A stretch of 63,107 nt of DNA, the filler included, from Reticulomyxa filosa (taxonomy: Eukaryota > Protista > Foraminifera), in NCBI GenBank assembly GCA_000512085.1. It is 20 parts of 20 records of this genome, joined end to end, with 100 filler letters (N's around TTAATTAATTAA, not from the genome) between each part and the next. Parts side by side here need not be neighbours in the genome. Positions count along the whole stretch, not along the records: positions 1 to 1,714 come from ASPP01028569.1; positions 1,815 to 14,086 come from ASPP01017118.1; 18 more parts are not named here. One strand, written 5' to 3'. Shown here piece by piece: positions 1-9,391 of the stretch. The notes beneath the pieces are model-generated. The model was not told the origin of the DNA. It saw only the letters and a program-made list of their open reading frames with translations, and ran no database searches. Both the position numbers and the translations under genes were made by a program. Every line of letters starts with the position of its first letter. Position 1 is the first letter of the stretch.

Positions 1-256
1 AACAAGAATAGGGCAATCTATGCTCTTGGAGAGCTTATTCCGTAAGGAAGAGTGCTTGGTTCGAATCCAGGAGATTGCATTAAACATTGTCAAAATTGAC
101 CGACACTACGAGACAATATAAAACCAAAAAAAAAGAATGACAACAAAAAAACCCCCCAATTTACAAACAAACACAAAATAATGAAAAAGAAATTGGAGTA
201 AAATGGAAAAATTAAAATTTTTTCATATCATAGTAGCATGAAGTTTTTCAAGTATT

Positions 257-1696
257 TCACTTTGGTTTTGGATTGGTTTGTTTGTTTGTTAATTTCGGGC
301 TACTTTTGATCCAATCGGCTGGATATCCACATTTTGCTTTATTGAGTATTTCAGCAGCTAAACATTTATCATCATTTAAAGATGCAAACATTTTGAAATC
401 AAAGTTCCCCTTTGAATCGATAAGTTTATCGGCCATTTTATCAATGGCAATGATAGCAAGTACAGTTTGAACAAAGCCATCAATCAAGTCATCTATCCCA
501 ATCCCAAGCTTGTTGAAGTCTTTGCGATCCATAATTAGCAACCTAGCAGTGTCCGTGTTCCAGACATTTTGACTCATTTTTTCCGACAGATTAGTGCCCA
601 ACATATCCCACGAGGAATGAGTAGCATGCTGTAAGTCTTTTACCAAAGGTACACGAGCCCGTCGCGAATACAATGCAACTGGTAGCCATCCATCATCTTT
701 GCTATAATGAACCTTTCATATTGTATCATTTTCATCATCACCATTTGTTCCTCTTGCATTTACAAATTTCAACAACATAGGAACACCTTCCAAAAAAAAC
801 AAAAAAAAACTCAGTGACAAACCATCATGCGAATATCTACAGCATACGTATTGCAGTGCTTATCTGGGACCGTGCCGACATGGAACAGCCTTCCCTCGCT
901 GGTAAGCGAGCTCCACGTGTAATTGCCTACCAACGACTGCACAATGAATTTTTCATACGTGGCTTCTGTCTTCATGAAGCTTTCTAATTCTTTTTTGTTC
1001 GTTATTGTATATACCCCTTGGCCAGCATTGCTATAAGGATTTTTCACCTTTTTTTTTAATTATTAAAAAAAACAAAACCACCTTTTTTTTTGAGTTCATT
1101 AAATCAATCTCCAAATAAGTGACATTCATATCACTCAATCTAAATTTCAGTTTTTTAAAAAAAAATAAACACACACACACACAAGACGTAACGACACCAA
1201 CGCCGCCAAATTTTTCAATCCACAAAGGCACTTCATCTTTGGAAACATCTTTGACTGTTTCAGGCGTGCGGATTTGAACATCAGCGAGTCCATCGTGACC
1301 CTCAGTTCCGAGTTCAGCATATCGTATGCTTTGGCAGCGACATTTTTATTGCGCCCTCCGGCCAGACAGCACAGCACAGGATTGAGAATTCTAGTCTTGG
1401 TGGCAATTGGGAAACGACTCCAGGGTGTCTGCGTCACGTAGCGAAATGCCGCTCGCACGGGAATCCATTCAAGCACTTTTCGTTCGTCTTTATTGTCTTC
1501 GGTCACCTCAATCGTCACGCGCTGGTACTTGCCCCGCTTTTTTTTGGCCTCCAATTGTTTCTTCGAGTACGTTGTTTCGCCTCGAACCCACATCACCCCG
1601 TCTTCGTCAAATCTTACCGCCGGGTCTGAATCGTTATCAAAATTTTTCACCACGTATACTTTTTCATTCATCACGTCTGCCAACGACGCTGCGTAA
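257..1696 (-). CDS. ATP-grasp-like enzyme, 5'-partial. Exons about 1696-1193, 1047-823 and 712-257
   Basis: Spliced reading gives ...[12 protein letters not shown]...[16 protein letters not shown]...[27 protein letters not shown]|[13 protein letters not shown]...FIVQSLVG...DIRMM|VHY. The K-P-xxxx-G-x-G loop, hhhQ and D-h-R motifs fit the ATP-grasp fold. GT-AG introns at 1192-1048 and 822-713. One apparent -1 frameshift near 1305. Confidence 0.7.
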
Positions 1697-1714
1697 CTTT
1701 TTTTTTTTTTTTTT

Positions 1715-1814
1715 NNNNNNNNNNNNNNNNNNNNNNNNNNNNNNNNNNNNNNNNNNNNTTAATTAATTAANNNNNNNNNNNNNNNNNNNNNNNNNNNNNN
1801 NNNNNNNNNNNNNN
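1715..1814. other. Artificial contig linker (N44-TTAATTAATTAA-N44). Identical copies start at 14087, 18042, 22011, 28129, 30162, 31489, 35200, 37513, 39807, 41857, 43282, 46016, 47539, 51971, 53360, 56930, 58053 and 60097
   Basis: Nineteen identical 100-bp spacers whose 12-mer gives stops in all six frames. Genes are cut at these spacers. Confidence 0.98.
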
Positions 1815-3577
1815 CCTGATTTTCCTTGAATTATCATCACTTTTTTTTTATTATTATGAGATGACTGTTGTTCTTGTTTTTCACTTTTTTCTTCTGATTT
1901 ATCTTCTTTTTCTTCCAACAATTTAAGCACATATTGATGACAATCATATGTTTTTTCTTTATCATCATCTTTGCTATCTTCATATGCATAATTATTTGCT
2001 TTTAATGGAATATATGTTTCAAGTGCTCGTGATATTGCAATATCATCTTCCATTTCTTGTTTTCTTGACTCTTGTAATATTGACGCAAAGTCATCACAAC
2101 TAGCCGGATTCTTGTCTCCAATGATATTTTGTTTATAATATTCATATAACTCCATATAAATAGCTTGCTCTTTTTCTTTCACTTTTTCTTTCTCTTTTGC
2201 AGTCATTTCCCTCTCTTTCTCTTTTGCATATCCTGGAGTAAAAGTACAAAGTTGCTTGTATACGAACTCTGCAATTTTCAATGATTCTTTGCTATCAATT
2301 TCTGTTTTACTTTTATTAAATAATTGTGGTGGCCTTAAAATTCCAACAGACAAATGAGATTTATAACGTTTTGCTTTTTTTTCTATTTCTTTATCATTGA
2401 TCCATTCACAGATAATATCATTAATTTTTTGTAATGTTTCATCGCTTGCTTGTTTTAGATCTTCATCTTCTAGAGTAATTGGTTCCCATGCTCTAATGCA
2501 TTCATAAAATGAATGACTTAATTTTGGATTGTTAAATACAGTATATTCTTCCAATGTTGTAAATTTTTTCAATGTTGCTTGCATCTCTACATAAACGTCA
2601 TATTGTTTATTATATAATTTAATATTATGAAAGCGATGATGTGTTTTTGATTGCTTTTCAAAAAAGTCTTTATCTTCAGAAACAATTAATTTAAATTGTT
2701 CTGCTTTTTTCATAACTCCAACTGCTGTTTGTAATTTAGCTTCATTATCACACAAAATGGTAAATCTTCCAACATCAAATGCTTTCTTAAAAGCTTTGGT
2801 ATCACTACCATAATCAAATTGAATCTTTTCTAATAATCTTTCTCTATCTTTTACTTTAAATGGGTTTACTATTTTAATAAAATATTTTTGCAGTTCTTTT
2901 ACTAAATTTAATATCTCATTACTTGCCATTGCATTTTCACTTCGACTGATTAAATCTTCTAAACTTTCTGCATGCTGGAAAATTTTATCTGCTTTCAATT
3001 TATATAATAACTCTGATTTAATTGAATACTCACATTTATAATTATTACTTTCTATGCAGGTATTATCATTACTTAAGCAAATAGAATGTTCTGAATTGAA
3101 AAATATTACCTTTGTAATTGATGTAACGGTTAATTGTTTACAATCTGGACAAAGAAAAGATGTCGTATTTGGTGCAAGTGAAATACATTTAAATTCTTCA
3201 TTCACCCATACTGGGATTTTTGCTTTCGAAGCTAAACAATTGCCATTTATGCAATAACCTTGCAAATTTATTCCTGGTCTTATTTCTCCAACTTCTGTTT
3301 TTTCCTCTTCTTTTTTAAATTCATTTAATTTTTTTTCTTCTTCTAAATCCTTTTTCAGTTTCATTAATTCAGAAATTATTTCGTTCGCTACAGCGTACAC
3401 ATTTCCGTTATTTTGTTCAAGTTGTCTTCTTAGTTCTTCTTCTTTGATAGTGCCACTGCATAATGCTCGCAAAATTTCTATCCCCTTTGTAAAATCTTTT
3501 TCTCCATTTTGCATTCCACCTAAAAGTTTTTCATTTTCTTTATAGTGAGGGACAATTTGTTTATATTTGATATGCAC
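1815..3577 (-). CDS. Putative NLR/STAND-like protein, 3'-partial: UBA/CUE-like helix, Cys-rich domain, RelA/SpoT-like nucleotidyltransferase domain and the start of a P-loop NTPase (NACHT-like)
   Basis: Uninterrupted ORF of about 590 codons. Motifs in order: GINLQGYC..C...CPDC, KVKDRERLLEK, AFDVGRFTIL, HHRFHNIKL, VEMQATL, SHSFYECIR. It ends at the contig edge in VMIIQGKSG, a hydrophobic strand plus the beginning of Walker A. True start codon unresolved. Confidence 0.7.
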
Positions 3578-4958
3578 TTACAGTTTTTTAGTGTTGTTGG
3601 ATTCAGATAGCTTAACTGCCTTCAATCTTTCTTTCATCTTCAATTAATTTTGCCATCCTTTTGAATTCATTTTTTGAAATTGTGATGTTTTTTCAGAATA
3701 ACGGAAAATTTTAACCTTGATTGTATATTGACTAATGATACCTGATCAAAGAATGAGATATCCTCTTAGCTCGCTTGTAGATTTTTGATAAGTACTAATG
3801 ATAGATTCGGTCGAAAAGTTTGAGAAAGGGGGAAAGAGAAAAAGGGAGTACACGAGGGGAAAACGCAGAACGTAGTACGTCAATCAAACGTTGCAGATAG
3901 AATTATGATTAATATCTAATAGAAAATTCTGGTTTCTTTTTAATCGTTTTTCAAAATGTATACTAATTGTACCGTTGAAAAAGGATTATCAACGAGTATT
4001 GTGCTGGCTTGATTTGATGAACAAACTGAATTGGTTTGATTGTTTGTTCCCTCTTGTTGTTTAATTGCATTACGTCCTTTAATTATAATTTTTTCCAAGA
4101 CTATTTTCGGTGTTTTCGTTTCATAGGTTTTCATAGCAAAAAATTGTATTTATTGATTAACGAGACTTTGTTTCCCTTTACAATAAAAAAATGTTATAGG
4201 ATTAAAGAAACATTTATGTGTGGTCTAGTTACTGTGATTTGCTTCATGTCGGATCATTCCCACGATAAAACTTAAATACTAAACAAAACAGATCAAAAAA
4301 AGATGTTTTGCGTTGCAATAAATTATTGAACAATTACCGGTTTTTAGTGCGTTTGAAAAGTCTTTTAAGTGGGATTAATTGAGACTAAGATCTGCAAAAC
4401 TCAAAAGTAAAAAAAAATTCTGAATACGCTAGTCTTTTTGCAACGGTACACATAATACCAACACAAAAGATTACAAGAAAATATCCATTGCTGTATATTA
4501 AATTTTTTGCTAAATTTTTAGTTTGATGTACTTTTTGTCGTTGCAAATCAACAAATCGAGCTGTCTTAAAAGTTAACGTGATTTTTTTACTTTAACTTAT
4601 CTTATAAAAAAAGTTGTTTGCATTCAAATAAAAGCACTTTACTTACCACGTCTTTTTATTTGTATGCACCCATCTTGGCATTCTTCACAAATGGTAATGC
4701 ATTATAAACTGTAAATATTATTGCGAGTTCAATAGAAGTGATGTTTGCTATTTTATTTTCTAAAAGAAAAAGACAAAGTAAATTGATATTATGACTACAA
4801 CAAAAATAATCTAAAAACTCTATCTTTGTATACTATTATTTCGCTTTTTTCAAACTTCAAACGCGAGCAATACTACATCCACACCTTCCATATTGCCTTG
4901 ATAAATTAATAAAAGCACATAAATAGATTTAAATCAATGGAGTGATTCCATATTTCAC

Positions 4959-6730
4959 TTATTTGCAAAATTTGTCATATTGTGCACACGTCAATAATAT
5001 CATTTGTGTATATACATCTTCATTTTCTACTTTTGCATTCCATGCAAATTCTTCTTTTTGTAATTTCTCGTCCTTTGTGGGATTAACAAAAGATCTTGAA
5101 AACAGGGTCTCACATTCGTGTTTGTAGGGAGATAACCATGATACGTCACAGCTACTTATTTTATCTACTTTTCTCATAGACGGATGAAAATGTAAAATAC
5201 ATCCTTGATCATTTCTAAACATTTGCGCAACTTGAATATCATCAGAAGTGCTTACATAACTTATGAAAAATCCTGATTTTATTTCTTTAATATTCTCCAA
5301 TCTCACATTTTTCAATCTACAATATAATTCAATTTCACTTTCTTTTCTTCTTTCATGTTTATGCAAAATATTTATAGCCTCCTGCAAATAGAAATCCAAA
5401 TAAGGCCATTTATGATGTCTAAATTGGATTTGATCATAACTGAATTGAACATTACATGTTTACTACAATACAATAAAATTGCACAAATATACCATAATTG
5501 AAGTGGATATCCCATATGTTCGTGAATATCATCTGATACAATATCTTCAATTCATCTAATATTGTTAATATTTTATCATTTAATATCAATTCACCATTTT
5601 CATCCTTTTCATTGTAATTAATTTATTGTTTAGTTCTTTCATAAAACTTTATTTCCTCTTTTTGTTTTTTGTGTATTGAAATGTCATTAAAAAAAATTCA
5701 ACCAGATGTAAATAACAATACATATATGTAATAGATTTAATAACTGAAAGACAGTTTGATAAATCATCTCTATCTTGCCAATCAATTGCACGAAAGTACC
5801 AAATGTGATTGAGAACCAGACAAGCCCACTTCGCATGTGTGTTATCGACATTAGAAAAGTCATTGTAATATTGAATATGAACATTGAATTCCAATGATGA
5901 TTTCTTTGGATTTCCAACTTGCAATGACTCTATTTTTATTTTTTTAATTTTGAACTCAATAACATTATTGTTCGATGTTGATAATTAAATACAATTTCAT
6001 AATCTTTCCATTTTCTATTCGACAACATACACACTGTTGTCGGAACATAATATCTTCTTTTGTATCTATTATTTTTTATTAGAATAAATATCACTTGCAG
6101 TATAACAATAAAACAAACACATATCAATAGTACATGATTTGTTCATTGGCAAATGCTTTGTAATATTTCCACAGGGTTAATAATTGAATATTTTCATTTA
6201 GATTATAACAATTATTATCATTGCATTTTTCAAATCCAAAACATTGTAAATAATATTCTATAATCCCAAATATTCGATAAACATTTTCACGTATTTGATG
6301 ATGCAAAATGTTAAGTAAGTTATGATGACTGATTTGTCGATATTTAATATATTTGGGATATTTTAAAAGATCCTAACTTGTTGGTATTGTAATTGCAGCA
6401 AATTTCTTGCATTTTTACACCTGTTTCAATAAAAATTTGATTGGAATTTTTCCATGTTTGTAATATTTTTGTTTTTTCGACTTTAGTTCCAAAATCTTTG
6501 AATAATTGCATCAAATACTTTTGATGTTCCAATGTTGTGCTGTATTCAATACAATATTAAAAAGATCAACGTACTTTTTGATATGAAAAAACAAGTTTTT
6601 GTAACGTGTTTTCTGTAATCAAAATCAGCATAGTCTTTGTCTCATCACTATTTCCATTGCAGTATTTCCATGCTTCTCCGATAACTTCTTTGTCTATCTT
6701 GGGAAAAATTTGTTGAAGATGTTCGAGCAT
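4959..6730 (-). pseudogene. Multi-exon CUE-like / PUB-like / mono-ADP-ribosyltransferase-like gene with frameshifts (pseudogene or sequencing errors)
   Basis: ATG at 6730 (MLEHLQQIFPKIDKEVIGEAW, CUE-like). The C-terminal domain has ELYCRLKNV, YVSTSDD and SPYKHECETLFSRS, matching the STS and ExE motifs of R-S-E-type ARTs. Single-base deletions near 5537 and 5458. Confidence 0.65.
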
Positions 6731-7326
6731 GGACGAAGATTGAAGCTTGTTTTGCCCCTTGCACGCTAAACATTTGGTTTATTTAATTTATTAGTTGTTG
6801 CACAGTGATTTTATAATGAAACTCAAATACTATTACCAGTTTCCAAATTAGATTATTTATTTAGTTGACGGAAGCCGTCAATATCCTTGCCTTCCTTCTT
6901 ATCTGTCTGCAAATTGTGAATTAATTAAAATTGAGTCAATATTGTTTTGAATAGTCTTATAAAGAGTCACAAAATAATTCCCATGATTTCAAAAACAGGA
7001 ATCCATCTTTAAGAAACAAGAAAAGTAGCAGTAGTGGATTTATTTATCTACATTTTCTTATTTTTGTTATTCAGTCCGTTCCAAGCGTTAAAAGACAATT
7101 TAAACATCTCAGGTCTTTTTATAATGAATTATCCTTTCCTCTAGGGGCAATATTGCCCGACATATGAAGTATTTTTTTTGATCGTTTTATAGATATTTTT
7201 CTTAACAAACAATTATCTCAAAAATTAAAACAACCATTTTGTGCTCTTACAAATATAATTATCCACGTTATTAGCTGTACAAAAATATGGGAATATCAAG
7301 AAAAAAAAAGATATTTGAAGCCTTAT

Positions 7327-8787
7327 TTACATAATGTATTCACTCAAATTTCTCACAGCATTTTTTACAGCTAATGCTCTTCTATCGAATTGTCCCGACA
7401 CAACATCGTATATCTTCCATGCTTCTTCATAATATTTACGTGCATTCTTTTCTTCTTCCATTCTGTAAAAAGTAAATGCCAAATCGGCATTTGCATCAGC
7501 AACAACACAACTTTTTTTTCCAAACAGCAATTCCTTTTTTTCTAAAGATTTTAAAAACCAATCAATCGCTGTTTGATATTCTTTTTTGTCTCTAAAAATA
7601 TTTCCTAATTTTCTATACATATCAGCAACAAATATGTGATTGTTCCCAAAAGTATGTAATGCAATTTGTAAAGCTTTTTCATAATTTTCAATTGCTTTGT
7701 CATATTGTTTTATTCTTTTATATGTGATTCCTAAATTATTATATAAATTAGCAATCCAAGTGTGATTTGTCCCAAAAATAACTAAGCTGATTTCTAAAGA
7801 TTTTTGATACATTCGATTGCTTTATCCCATTGTTGATTATGTAAATAAGCAAGTCCTAAATTATTGTACGTATTGGCGACATAAGGATGAATAATACCAA
7901 AATTTTCGACACAAAGTTTTACTGCTTGTTCTAGTTGTAAAGAAGCTTCATTTAAGAGTTTTTGTTTTGCATATTCATCTGCTTCATTTTCAAACTTTTG
8001 AACTCGTACTGGAATATCATGATGTATTTTGTTATTCCATTGAATAGGTGAAATAGATAATTTCAATGTTTCATCAATAATAACATCTTTTATTACAAAT
8101 AATTGAGTTGTGATCTCTACATGTCCTTTACATTGAATTTGGCAATCAATTGCATATACATTTCCATCAATACTTACCTCATCCAACATTACCAATTTTT
8201 GTTTAATTAAATACATTTTGTATTCTCCAAATTCTTTACGTTCTAATTTACTGCTGTTTATCAATCCAACAAATAAAGATGTATTTGGGTTATTTGATCC
8301 AATAATATTATTGGCAATAATAATTAGGCCTTGTTCATTCTTTTGAATCATTTGTTCGACAGCTTTTGCAGCTTCCACGTTTGCTTTTATCCAAGATACA
8401 CTCCAGTGCTTCCAAAAATCTAAAGTATTCATCTCTTTTTCATTTGATATCGGCGATATTTCATCCTTTTTGTTGTCATCGTCATCATTTTTTGATTCTA
8501 TTTTTTATAACTTTGATTTTTTTATTATTATTAAAAGACAAAAAAAAGATACTTGATTGGAAATAAGCAATAAATTCAAGTTGATTACATCCAATAGCTT
8601 TCTGAAGATGTTCGTCAGTTTCAATATCCTCTCCATTAATGTTAGTAATCTTAAGTTTACATTCATTTTCTTGTTGAACGACCTTACATTCTTCAAGTAC
8701 TTGTTTTTTGAAGTGTACTAGTGCCAAGGCCGACAACTTAAGTTCATATTTTTCTGAAGCAATTGACACAATAACTTTCCAGGACAT
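7327..8787 (-). CDS. TPR-repeat protein (kinesin-light-chain/TPR_12-type repeats) with a short ubiquitin/PB1-like N-terminal domain
   Basis: Repeats of ...HPYVANTYNNLGLAY...AIE.YQKSLEI...FG.NH.WIANLYNNLG. Intron at about 8552-8498. Frameshift in an A-run near 7812. Confidence 0.8.
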
Positions 8788-9391
8788 TACTAAATTTCTC
8801 AAATAAGTTTTTTAAATACACCTCTGTTCAATATTTGCTAGATTTATTTTGACAGTTGGAAAAAACTCGTTACGGAAAAAAAACAGTTATTTTCGTGTTT
8901 TTTTGCAGTCGATTGTAAATACAGCAGAATTTAAAAAAGATTTTGCTCATATCATGCACTAAAGTGTGTTGATCAAGTACACCTAATGTCTGATTGGACA
9001 AATACAAATAAGAATCAGTAGCAATTATATGCGTTAGTAAACGACTACGAATCGCATTGGGTTGGCCACAAAGGATGGCAAACAACAGAGGAGATTTTGT
9101 TCAAATACAAGTGGCGTGCAAAAAGAGTAGATTGAAAAGTTAAAACACTAACAGAACAACCACCAAAAATTGGGAAAAAAAAAAATCGACAACACAATGC
9201 ATCTCAAAACCAGAAAAAAACTTTGTGAGCAAAGGAACAACAACATATCAACTTTTTTCACCAAAAAAAAAACACAAAAGAACAAAAACAACCCCCATTG
9301 TTGGTTGCTTCATTTACAATAAGAACAAAGAGTCTTTTTTTTATTTATTTATTTATTCCCTTTTTTTTTTTAAAAAATGCTTGAGGAGGTG

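Noticed and set aside
1295-1312. Frameshifts in otherwise intact genes (about 1305, 7812, 34958) as programmed ribosomal frameshifting or RNA editing
   Set aside because: Each can be repaired by one base in a short homopolymer, as expected from pyrosequencing-type errors. No shared slippery site or downstream structure is visible. Raw reads would settle it.
1715-1814. Regularly recurring TTAATTAATTAA between N runs, read as a biological repeat or CRISPR-like array
   Set aside because: It is an invariant 100-bp artificial linker used to concatenate contigs. ORFs containing X are artefacts, and cross-linker synteny is meaningless.
3720-4180. Purine-rich tract upstream of the NLR-like gene as a solo LTR
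   Set aside because: No matching TSD, no second copy in the window and no similarity to the LTRs at 23279/24844.
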